From: Calditrichia bacterium
GTDB taxonomy: Bacteria; Calditrichota; Calditrichia; RBG-13-44-9
Length of the DNA stretch: 13,875 nt
Direction of reading: 5' to 3'
Assembly (NCBI GenBank): GCA_037381445.1
Contig: JARRQT010000066.1
Location: 1-13,875, forward strand
Below, piece after piece: positions 1-8,080 of this stretch. The position numbers and the translations under genes were made by a program. A model generated the notes under the pieces. The model ran no database searches and was not told the DNA's origin. It saw only the letters and a program-made list of their open reading frames with translations. How positions within the stretch are numbered: the first letter of the stretch is position 1; the number at the start of each line of letters is the position of its first letter.

Positions 1-429
1 CTCCCGGAATTCAACCGGGTGAGCTGCGTTCGCCGTATCCACCGTCGTGCCATAAATTGCAGACAGATCAATTTGAAAATCCCGTGCAGACCGGAAGCCA
101 TTTATTTTTTCCGCGCCGTGACAAAATTGGCAGGTAACACCCTCCGAATTGCAAATCGCCCCTCTTTCAGTGGAATGAAAAACAAGCGACATGGGGGAGT
201 GACAATCCTGGCATTTATCGGTTAGTTTATTTCCCCCATCCTGACTTGCCCAACTGTACATGCCGGCAAACAGCGGATCTTTCTCCAAGGTGGCATTGGC
301 ATGCATGGAAGACTGCCACTGTTGATAAATATCTTCGTGGCATTTTTTGCACGAAGAAGATGATTTGAAATCTGCCCGTGCAAAGGCAGGAGATAACAAA
401 AAGAAGAGAGCGACAATAATTTTTATCAT
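1..429 (-). CDS. Exported multiheme c-type cytochrome (cytochrome c554/c-552-like), 5' part only; runs off the window
   Basis: Manual translation from ATG 429 (SD AAAGGAG upstream): MIKIIVALFFLLSPAFARADFKSSSSCKKCHEDIYQQWQSSMHANATLEKDPLF...CQDCHSP...EGVTCQFCHG... It has a signal peptide (ARA cleavage), three CxxCH motifs (nt 351-337, 213-199, 132-118), the WxxSxHA motif typical of this family, and 143 open codons to the edge. Confidence 0.9.
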   Translation of the reverse strand, partial: MIKIIVALFFLLSPAFARADFKSSSSCKKCHEDIYQQWQSSMHANATLEKDPLFAGMYSWASQDGGNKLTDKCQDCHSPMSLVFHSTERGAICNSEGVTCQFCHGAEKINGFRSARDFQIDLSAIYGTTVDTANAAHPVEFRE

Positions 430-557
430 ATTTATTACTCCTTTTGCAAAGGAAGCTCAAGAAAATTATGGGTTATTCATGAAAGATGCAAGAGTATTCG
501 CCGGCAAAAATGCAATAATGGAACATAAGTTAACGGCTAACAAAATTTAACCGAATA

Positions 558-571
558 TTGATCACAATCTA
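558..571. promoter_or_regulatory. Candidate FNR/CRP-family binding site upstream of the cytochrome c gene
   Basis: TTGAT-CACA-ATCTA is a 9/10 match to the FNR box TTGAT-N4-ATCAA, ~130 bp upstream of ATG 429. Confidence 0.4.
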
Positions 572-721
572 TATGACCTCAAACTTTGAAATTTATTGGT
601 AATTACAATGGTGTTGAGCCAAACAATAAAATCCTTCTAACACAACAATCTAACCAGCACATTAAAAAATTTTCATGTTGTACAAGCACTTGCCTGCGGT
701 AATCAGGATTTTTTAATAATT

Positions 722-738
722 AATGAACAGCGCTCATT
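722..738. promoter_or_regulatory. Candidate TetR-type operator 1 upstream of fadL
   Basis: Inverted repeat AATGA-ACAGCGC-TCATT just upstream of the -35 box. Confidence 0.4.
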
Positions 739-744
739 TTTATC

Positions 745-773
745 TTGATTTTTAAATCCTTTTTTCTTAAACT
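745..773 (+). promoter_or_regulatory. Sigma70-type promoter of the fadL-lipase operon
   Basis: TTGATT (745-750), 17 bp spacer, TAAACT (768-773); SD AGGAGG precedes ATG 840. Confidence 0.55.
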
Positions 774-789
774 GATTCGCTCAAGTTTA
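768..789. promoter_or_regulatory. Candidate operator 2 overlapping the fadL -10 box
   Basis: Inverted repeat TAAACT-GATTCGCTCA-AGTTTA; its left arm is the -10 hexamer. Confidence 0.4.
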
Positions 790-839
790 GATAAGTCAAG
801 TATTTAAATTATTTACGAATAATTAATTCAGGAGGTTCT

Positions 840-2099
840 ATGCGAAGTTTCTTACATGCCACACTATTATTATTGCTCTTATTTGGATTGAGTTTTGGGG
901 CGGGTTTTGGTTTATATGAATTCGGAGCGCGTGCTTCTTCGCTGGGCGGCGCAGTCGTAGCCCAGTCTTATGACGCTTCTTCCATATTTTACAATCCGGC
1001 AGGCCTGGCTTTTCAAAAAGGGACGCAATTTTATGGCGATCTGACCCTTATCACCGCATCCAATAAATGGGTCGGTCCCGCACCGATATTTTCTGATGAA
1101 GTATTTAAAGCGGAAAATCAAATTCATACCCCATTCGGGGCTTACATATCGCACAGTTTTTCCGAGAAACTGGCAGTAGGCCTGGGGGTAACGACGCCAT
1201 TTGGCCTGGGCTTAAAATGGCCAAGTGACTATCCGGGCGATGTGGTTTCGAAAGATGTAAATCTGAAGTCATTTTATTTTTCGCCGGTCGTTTCTTACCG
1301 GTTGCTTAAAAATCTGGGTATCGGCGCAGGCGTTGATCTGGTTTATTCCAAGGTAACGTTGGAAAGATATATTCTATTTCCCGAAGATTCTAAACCCGGC
1401 ACAAACGTGGGTAATGTTTCCCTGGATGGAAATTCCAAGCTGGCAGTCGGCTTCTCGGCCAGTTTGCTCTACAAGTATGATAAGTTATCTCTTGGTTTTT
1501 TATACCGGCATAAGGTAAAAAATGAATTCGATGGCAATGCAACTTTCAATATCAAAGATGAATATTACAGGGATTTCCTGACTACCACCGCAGGACTGGT
1601 TGATCAGAAGGTAAAAACCGAAATTACCTATCCCTCATTTTTATCAGTTGGCGCACATTACCAGATTATGGAGAACATGGGGATTGAATTTGACTACATG
1701 TGGTATAAGTGGGATGTATTCAAATCGTTGGTTTTGGATTTTGCGAAAACTCAGGATGTCTCCGTTGAAGAAGACTATAGCAATTCGTCACAATTCAGGG
1801 TTGGCGTGCATTACAATCTAACACCGGCCATTGAACTTCGCGGCGGGTATATTTACGATCAGACGCCTCAGCCCATCGGTTCGATGAGTCCTCTCCTGCC
1901 GGATGCCACCCGTAATGATTTCAGTCTCGGAGTAGGTTACAAAACCGGCTCCATGCAGTTCGACCTGGGATATATGCTGGTACTGTTTGATGATCGCGGA
2001 ACGGTTGTGAATGGCGAAGGAAAGAGCTTCGATGGTTTTGACGGCAATTATACCGGCGTGGCGAATCTGCTCTTTGTTGGCTACGGAATTTCATTTTAA
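840..2099 (+). CDS. fadL: OmpP1/FadL/TodX family outer-membrane long-chain fatty acid/hydrophobic compound transporter
   Basis: 419 aa with signal peptide, mature N-terminus AGFGLYEFGARASSLGGA, the family motif DASSIFYNPAGL, the LRGGYIYDQTP and LPDATR segments, a C-terminal Phe (BAM signal) and a strong SD. Confidence 0.92.
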   Translation: MRSFLHATLLLLLLFGLSFGAGFGLYEFGARASSLGGAVVAQSYDASSIFYNPAGLAFQKGTQFYGDLTLITASNKWVGPAPIFSDEVFKAENQIHTPFGAYISHSFSEKLAVGLGVTTPFGLGLKWPSDYPGDVVSKDVNLKSFYFSPVVSYRLLKNLGIGAGVDLVYSKVTLERYILFPEDSKPGTNVGNVSLDGNSKLAVGFSASLLYKYDKLSLGFLYRHKVKNEFDGNATFNIKDEYYRDFLTTTAGLVDQKVKTEITYPSFLSVGAHYQIMENMGIEFDYMWYKWDVFKSLVLDFAKTQDVSVEEDYSNSSQFRVGVHYNLTPAIELRGGYIYDQTPQPIGSMSPLLPDATRNDFSLGVGYKTGSMQFDLGYMLVLFDDRGTVVNGEGKSFDGFDGNYTGVANLLFVGYGISF

Positions 2100-2133
2100 T
2101 TTATCCATTTGATAAAAACTCAGGAGATAGATC

Positions 2134-3492
2134 ATGAAAAAATTAGTGTTACTTCTATTACTGGCGGGGATACTTCTGTATCTGGGTTGCACGGCAGAAA
2201 ACCCGGAACAACCCAAATTGAATATTTTGCGGCAGCAGCTTGTTCTCAGCAAAATGGCCGCAGTCGGAAACAGTTTGACCGCCGGTTTCCAATCTGCAGG
2301 ACTCAAGAAAGAATTTCAGGAGCACAGCTATCCTAATCTGATTGCAAAGCAAATGGGAAACAATGATTTTCAGATGCCGCTGATCAGTGATCCCGGGATC
2401 GGGACTTCTTCCGTTGCAGCGGGATATGCATCAACCCCACTCACGCTTACTTCCGGGGGCGCCATTGTATACGATTCAATTCCCCTGGCGCAGGCGGCAG
2501 GCTTGCCCTCCAATACCACCCTGGCAAGACCATACGATGACATGGCGGTTCCCGGCGCGACCCTGCACGACATTCTGTATGCAACAACGCCGACAAGTTC
2601 ATCCAATCCTTCAAACCTGTTCTTCCAGATCATTCTGAGGAATGTCCCGACCGCCGAAGTTACTTATCCCCCGTTTGGAAACATGACCGCCATTGACCAA
2701 GCCCTCCTTTTAAATCCCAGCCTGCTCTTATTGTGGATTGGAAATAATGACGTATTAGGGGCCGCCTTGAGCGGAACCGCAGTGGTGGGTGTCACTATTA
2801 CGCCACAAGCGGATTTTGAAGCTGATTTTAATCAATTAATCGCAAAAATCCGTTCGAATAATCCAAATACGCAAATCGTTCTGGCAAATATTCCTAATGT
2901 AACCAACATACCCTATGTCAATACCATACCACCGGTGGTAATAGATATTAATACCTTCCAGCCAGTTTTGATTAATGGTCAGCCTGTTCCCTGGGTTACC
3001 GAAGAAACCGGTGTAGAGTATGTTCTGCTATCTGCGATTGATGAGTTGAAAGCCGGAATTGGTGTTCCGGCCGCATTGGGCGGGACTGGAACACCGCTGG
3101 GCGGGCAATATACCCTTACCAGCGCTGAGGTTCAAACGATTGCTAATGCGGTCAGCGGCTTCAACAGTTATATTGCAGGATTGGGAATTCCATACATGAA
3201 TTCCAATAAACTGCTGAGTGATCTGGATAATGGTAATATTACCGGTTTCTCCGGAGATTTTGTGCTGCTGGCTCCGGGAAACACTGCCTTCAGCCTGGAT
3301 GGCGTACACCCCAATAATGCAGGCTACGCGCTGGTCGCGAATGAATTTATTAAAGTCATTAATACGACTTACAATTTAGGCATTCCCGAAATAGATGCCA
3401 CCCAATATCTGGGTCAATATACCGGGACTTCCGCAGCGAAAATTGCGCCCGGTGCACTGAAACAAGTCAAAAATATATTTACGCGCCATTAA
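2134..3492 (+). CDS. SGNH/GDSL-family lipase/esterase, predicted lipoprotein
   Basis: 452 aa with lipobox YLG-C, block I GNSLTAG (Ser), block II AVPGA, block III WIGNND and block V DGVHP. SD CAGGAG; starts 34 bp after the fadL stop. Confidence 0.9.
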   Translation: MKKLVLLLLLAGILLYLGCTAENPEQPKLNILRQQLVLSKMAAVGNSLTAGFQSAGLKKEFQEHSYPNLIAKQMGNNDFQMPLISDPGIGTSSVAAGYASTPLTLTSGGAIVYDSIPLAQAAGLPSNTTLARPYDDMAVPGATLHDILYATTPTSSSNPSNLFFQIILRNVPTAEVTYPPFGNMTAIDQALLLNPSLLLLWIGNNDVLGAALSGTAVVGVTITPQADFEADFNQLIAKIRSNNPNTQIVLANIPNVTNIPYVNTIPPVVIDINTFQPVLINGQPVPWVTEETGVEYVLLSAIDELKAGIGVPAALGGTGTPLGGQYTLTSAEVQTIANAVSGFNSYIAGLGIPYMNSNKLLSDLDNGNITGFSGDFVLLAPGNTAFSLDGVHPNNAGYALVANEFIKVINTTYNLGIPEIDATQYLGQYTGTSAAKIAPGALKQVKNIFTRH

Positions 3493-3519
3493 TTCCAAGT
3501 ATGATAAAAGGACTTGTCC

Positions 3520-3553
3520 AAACCCGATTGGCAAATGCTGGTCGGGTTTTTTT
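3520..3553 (+). terminator. Intrinsic terminator of the fadL-lipase operon
   Basis: Stem AAACCCGATTGGC / GCTGGTCGGGTTT (two G-U pairs) ending in a run of 7 T, 27 bp after the stop. Confidence 0.85.
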
Positions 3554-3755
3554 ATCCGGTTGATTGCTTGACGCCTTGAATTTATCCCTAAAATTATCTG
3601 TCCTGTTAAATCCAAACAATAATGCCCTGGGTGAGCTGAAAGTAAAGTTTGTATTATTTGTTTTGAGATATTATCTTATTTCAAAGGATAAATGAAATAA
3701 CGCGTCACCAATAGATAATTGTGCCGAAAAAGCCAAATGCGGAGGATTGAGTTAT

Positions 3756-3935
3756 ATGAAGAAAGGAGAAATCATCCAGCTTTCCGATGGTTTAAAGCAG
3801 ATACAAATAAAAATTCAGGAATTCAAACAAAAGGAAACACATCTCGAAAAAAACCGTCTTCTGAAATTGATTGATGCAGAAATAATGGATGCTATCCACA
3901 ATTTGAATAATCTGGGAAATTTGTTAGAAAATTGA
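3756..3935 (+). CDS. Small hypothetical helical protein (59 aa)
   Basis: SD GGAGGA (3741-3746) is 9 nt before ATG 3756, a better start than TTG 3747. MKKGEIIQLSDGLKQIQIKIQEFKQKE... has a coiled-coil-like pattern; no family recognised. Confidence 0.5.
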   Translation: MKKGEIIQLSDGLKQIQIKIQEFKQKETHLEKNRLLKLIDAEIMDAIHNLNNLGNLLEN

Positions 3936-4365
3936 TTGATAATTTATGTAGCGATGAGATTTCCAAAAGGGAAAGCAGTCATGAAGACAATAAATTATTG
4001 CTCCTCTAATCCTTTTGTATAAATTATAATTTTGGTATATCGGTCAACCTGCCGCTGATCACGGTTGTGGGGCCTGTTCGATATTTTTATTTTAATGGGG
4101 ACAGCGCCGCATAAATATTTGTTAATTCCCGAAATGATTCATATTTTAAAAAACTACCTTGAGCTTAATTGTCTGGCAGAGTAGCACAGAAATTAGTTCA
4201 CAAAATAAAGTGTTATAAAAAAATTAAGTCTATTTGTGCGCTGGAACGGTCTTTTAAAATTTTTGCCCTTTAAAATCTGTTTAAGTTTTGCTTTCAAAAG
4301 CTGAGAATGTTGTTGGGATTCGAAAATAAAGTTGTATTCAATATTTAAGTGGGGTCATAAAAACC

Positions 4366-6234
4366 ATGTCAGTCATAAAAATGAGCAAATTATCCCGTAT
4401 TCTTTTATTGCTGATTTTTGTCTCAACGCTCTTGCCCTCGCTCCTGTTTTCCCAGGAAAAACGATACTTCGCAATTCTCCCAGTTGAAAACCTGTCTCCG
4501 GCTGAGTCTGCCTGGGTCTCCCGGGGAATTGAAGAAATTTTATATGATAAATTGTCAGATCTGCACTCTATTTCTGTTTTTGAGAAAGAAACGCTGAACC
4601 GCATTCTTCAGGAAAATAATATTTTTAAACAGTCGGATTTGACAGTCCGGGGCGCTTTCAGTATTGGAAAGGAAACGGGAACGGATGTTCTGATTGCTGC
4701 TTCCTACAAGGTTGAAAACAGGAATCTTTCCCTGAATGTGCGGGTCATCAGTACCTATACGGGTGGTACCATTTTTGACCGAGCGTTTCAGGGCGATCTG
4801 GCAGATATTTATAAAATAAATGCCGATGCTATTCTCAGTATCTTGAGCACGATGGCAATTCCCGCCTCTGAAACGGAAAAAGCTTTACTGAACATGGCGT
4901 CTACAAATTCCATTGAAGCTTTTGAGAATTATTGCAGGGCATATACAGAATTCCAGCAGGGTGCCGGTATGAAAGTCGTAGCCGGCTTTTTTTCAAAAGC
5001 AATTCAGGCCGACCCGAATTTTTGGGAGGCCCAGTATAATTTGGGAGTGATCTATTATAATTTTGACCAATATGGTCAGGCACTGAATCAATTCAATAAG
5101 GTTATTCAACAAAATCCCTCTTTCTATAAGCCCTATTATGGGAAGGGAATTATTTTCTATCTGCAGGGACAATTTCAGAAATCGATAGACGCCTTTAACA
5201 AGGCATTGCAGATCAGTCCCAATCACGACCGGACGCTCTATTATTTGGGAAGGGTTTTTATCAGGCTGGATTCGCTAAAACGGGGCCTGGGTTACCTGGA
5301 GAAAGCGGCAGAGATCAATCCCAATTACGGCCCTACCCAGTATTATATCGGGATTGCAAACATGAAACGGGGCTGGTATAAAACAGCCGTGCAGGCCTTC
5401 AGGAATACCATCCGCCTCGATCCGGAAAATTATCTGGCGCACAATGCCCTGGGAGAGAGTTACTATCGCCTTCAACGATTTGATGAGTCAATCTTTGAAT
5501 ATCAGAAAGCAATCGCGCTGCACAAGGACTACTCCACTGCATACTTTAATCTCGGAAACACGATTTATAAAAAGGGCGCACTGCAAGAAATTGTGGATTC
5601 GTATCTGGAAATTCTGGAGACAAGGTATACCCAGCCCGACGCCTCCGAGGATGATCAGAATCTTGCGTTTGACCTGAGGCGCCTGCGGGATGGACAAAAT
5701 CCCGGCTCCTCGGAAGTGTTGAAGGCAATGGTCACTGCCTACAGAAATGCGATTAAATATGAGCCTGCTTTTTTCGAAGCATCATTCAACCTTGCGCTGA
5801 CCTATGAAAATCTGGGGAAACCGGACAGCGCTGAATTCTATTACCGGAAGTCACTGGACAAGAGACCGGATCTGGTGCGCGCCCATATGAGGCTTGGACG
5901 TTTGCTGGAAAGTGAAAAACGCTATCAGGAGGCCCTGGACCAGTTTAAGGATGTGGCGGCTATCGAACCTTCCTATTTTATTGGCACCCCACGGCTGGGT
6001 GAAGAATACCGGTATATCAATATCATTGAAGAAGTCCTGAAGGAATACCAGCAGAAGAAAGCGCGCGATCCCAATAATCCAAACACGCTGCTGGTGCTGG
6101 CCCGCATTTTCAGCAGCCTGGGACGTTTGGGACAGGCGGAACAGTACTATCTTCAGATTGTCCAGTTGGATCCTCAAAATTCGGAGGCCAGCCGGGAACT
6201 CAGAAACCTCCGCCATCAAATGAACAAATTATAG
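4366..6234 (+). CDS. Secreted tetratricopeptide-repeat protein with an N-terminal TolB_N/CsgG/FlgO-like domain
   Basis: 622 aa (start may be ATG 4381). Signal peptide ends ...SLLFS-Q; the FAILPVENLS...WVSRGIEEILYDKLS segment resembles TolB_N/CsgG-like domains; many 34-aa TPR units (AQYNLGVIYY, AHNALGESYY, AYFNLGNTIY, ASFNLALTYE). Confidence 0.88.
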   Translation: MSVIKMSKLSRILLLLIFVSTLLPSLLFSQEKRYFAILPVENLSPAESAWVSRGIEEILYDKLSDLHSISVFEKETLNRILQENNIFKQSDLTVRGAFSIGKETGTDVLIAASYKVENRNLSLNVRVISTYTGGTIFDRAFQGDLADIYKINADAILSILSTMAIPASETEKALLNMASTNSIEAFENYCRAYTEFQQGAGMKVVAGFFSKAIQADPNFWEAQYNLGVIYYNFDQYGQALNQFNKVIQQNPSFYKPYYGKGIIFYLQGQFQKSIDAFNKALQISPNHDRTLYYLGRVFIRLDSLKRGLGYLEKAAEINPNYGPTQYYIGIANMKRGWYKTAVQAFRNTIRLDPENYLAHNALGESYYRLQRFDESIFEYQKAIALHKDYSTAYFNLGNTIYKKGALQEIVDSYLEILETRYTQPDASEDDQNLAFDLRRLRDGQNPGSSEVLKAMVTAYRNAIKYEPAFFEASFNLALTYENLGKPDSAEFYYRKSLDKRPDLVRAHMRLGRLLESEKRYQEALDQFKDVAAIEPSYFIGTPRLGEEYRYINIIEEVLKEYQQKKARDPNNPNTLLVLARIFSSLGRLGQAEQYYLQIVQLDPQNSEASRELRNLRHQMNKL

Positions 6235-6307
6235 AAAATGCCTGAAATTGTTCTAAACAATAGAAGAGGGGCTACCTGCTAATGGACCCTTTCTATTTGT
6301 TCGCCTG

Positions 6308-6977
6308 GCATTCAGGTTCAAAATTTTGTGCAAATTCATATTGGTTGATTTCATTCCTCTGCGATGTGATTCCGGAAGATATATAGACCGAAAAGCATGA
6401 TTCGATTTCCTCATCCATCCAGCTTTCCGGCCGGACGGCCCATCTGACTCACTGATATCCTTATCCCACATACCTCCTCAACAATATGCCTGACTTTGCA
6501 CGTGGCAACACCCTGGACATACATCTCGGGCAAAGACAACATAAATGCCTGCCCGCGACGTTGGTAACGACCAAACAGCTCACTTCGGAACCTCCCATCC
6601 CGGTCTCGCCAAGCCTACAATTCGATGCAACAACCTAACTGGGTAGCACAAGAACGCCTATAACGCCAATTGCGACAGCTGCGCCGCTCTCTTTTATGTT
6701 CATAAGGACCGGCACCAATAAACCGATCAAACTCAGCAGGTAAGATGCTCTGCAAATTCTCTGTCAACAGCTCCTTCAAAAAGTCCTTATCATCTAAAAG
6801 GTCTTTCCGCATTGTGGTCAACTCTGATTGTATTTCCCAAACTAAAGAATTATCTTTTCTTCGAGTCATATCTAATCCTTTCCATGTTTTATGATTTGCG
6901 TCAATAAGATTCAGGATTGATATGACTCCCTTCTTATTCCTTTATTGCTTTTTTACACAAAATTATGGACAGAATCC
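6308..6977 (-). mobile_element. Internally deleted, non-autonomous IS256-family element (~670 bp) with both terminal inverted repeats
   Basis: Left IR (minus strand, from 6977) GGATTCTGTCCATAATTTTGTGTAAA; right IR (plus, 6308-6334) GCATTCAGGTTCAAAATTTTGTGCAAA. The inner 19 nt match at 16 positions and carry the IS256-type TTGTGTAAA core. No target-site duplication seen; outer ends uncertain by a few bp. Confidence 0.75.
6337..6869 (-). pseudogene. IS256-family (Mutator-like) transposase remnant
   Basis: N-terminal ...FIGAGPYEHKRERRSCRN... then a TAG at 6617-6615. The same frame continues RDRDGRFRSELFGRYQRRGQAFMLSLPEMYVQGVATCKVRHIVEEVCG...KLDG, then jumps in other frames to the C-terminal-region motifs WMDEEIESCFSVY (6421-6383) and LPESHRRGMKSTNM. 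Confidence 0.88.
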
Positions 6978-7110
6978 GATCAAGTTTTAAATGCTGGACT
7001 TTTGATTTAGGTTTTATGATCATCCAATTCACAAAACCCTGATTGAATGGCTACTCTGGAAGATGACCGGAATTTTCTTGTTCTTTCTTTCCCAGACAAA
7101 ATCCGGTTGT

Positions 7111-7138
7111 TTGATCTGCGGTCTTAATTTTGTATAAT
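7111..7138 (+). promoter_or_regulatory. Sigma70-type promoter of pheA
   Basis: TTGATC (7111-7116), 16 bp spacer, TATAAT (7133-7138). Confidence 0.55.
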
Positions 7139-7183
7139 TCAAAAATTGCAGGCACCAGGAAACGGCATGAAATGGAGCAAACA

Positions 7184-8035
7184 ATGAGCAAACAGTTAAA
7201 GATAGCAATACAGGGCGAGCGAACTTCCTTTCACGATATGGCCGGGCAGTCATACTTCTCGCCGCAAAAAATCGAAATTGTTGAGTGCAGAACATTCCGG
7301 CAATTATGCAGCGAAGTTATGGACAGGCGGGCCGACATGGCGGTGATGGCCATCGAGAATACCCTGGCTGGAAGCCTGCTGCCCAACTACTCGCTTCTGC
7401 AGGAATTTCCGTTATATATCATCGGTGAAACTTATCTGCCCATCCGGCACCATTTGATGGCCCTGCCCGGACAAGCATTAGAGGATATTCACAGTGTGCG
7501 CTCCCACCCCATGGCGCTGCATCAATGCAGTGAATTTCTGGAGCATCACCCCGGAATGAATGCAGTGGAAACAGACGATACGGCAGGTAGCGCACGGCAA
7601 ATCCGGGAAGAAGAATTGTTCGGAATCGCGGCAATCGCCGGGAAAATGACGGCCGAATTTTATCGGCTGGAGATTCTGGCGGAGGGCATCGAAAATCTCG
7701 CACAAAATTATACCCGTTTCCTGATTCTTTCGGCCGATAAACCCGAATTAAGATCGGATTGCCAGAAAGCGTCGGTTAATTTCCGCCTGAAACACCGGAT
7801 TGGCGCGCTGGCAGATGTGCTCAATGTGTTCAAAAACAATAACATAAATCTTACCAAAATTCAGTCCATTCCCGTTCCCGGAGAGCCCTATGAATATCTT
7901 TTCCTGATTGAAATGGAGTGGGAAGATTACAGCAATTTTGAAGAATCCATTGCCGAGATCGAAAGATTTACCATAGAATTAAAAATTCTGGGTATCTATC
8001 GTAGCGGAAACAAATCGATAGCAGCGCCCCAATAA
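7184..8035 (+). CDS. pheA: Prephenate dehydratase (PDT + ACT domain)
   Basis: Motifs IAIQG..TSFH, AIENTLAGS, SHPMALHQC, NYTRF and ACT-domain NLTKIQSIP. Start moved to ATG 7184 (SD GGAG 7174-7177); the track start at 7130 overlaps the -10 box. Confidence 0.93.
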   Translation: MSKQLKIAIQGERTSFHDMAGQSYFSPQKIEIVECRTFRQLCSEVMDRRADMAVMAIENTLAGSLLPNYSLLQEFPLYIIGETYLPIRHHLMALPGQALEDIHSVRSHPMALHQCSEFLEHHPGMNAVETDDTAGSARQIREEELFGIAAIAGKMTAEFYRLEILAEGIENLAQNYTRFLILSADKPELRSDCQKASVNFRLKHRIGALADVLNVFKNNNINLTKIQSIPVPGEPYEYLFLIEMEWEDYSNFEESIAEIERFTIELKILGIYRSGNKSIAAPQ

Positions 8036-8080
8036 TCGTGAAATATTGATTTATTTATAAAGGGATTTCCATTTGAGTTG

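Noticed and set aside
19..550. Track ORFs 19-225, 222-416, 227-460, 347-550
   Set aside because: They are shadows of the cytochrome c frame (429 to <1), which has the SD, signal peptide and heme motifs.
4212..4260. Sigma54-like TGGCAG and TGGAAC words upstream of the TPR gene (TGGAAC at 4242; TGGCAG slightly earlier at 4174)
   Set aside because: No GC at the required GG-N10-GC spacing.
6615..6617. In-frame TAG in the transposase as possible stop-codon recoding (pyrrolysine or alternative code)
   Set aside because: The same gene has deletions and frameshifts, and TAG acts as a normal stop for the TPR gene and gntK. It is a nonsense mutation.
6290..6995. 8-9 bp target-site duplication around the IS256 remnant
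   Set aside because: The flanks (..TGTTCGCCTG and GATCAAGTTT..) share no direct repeat.
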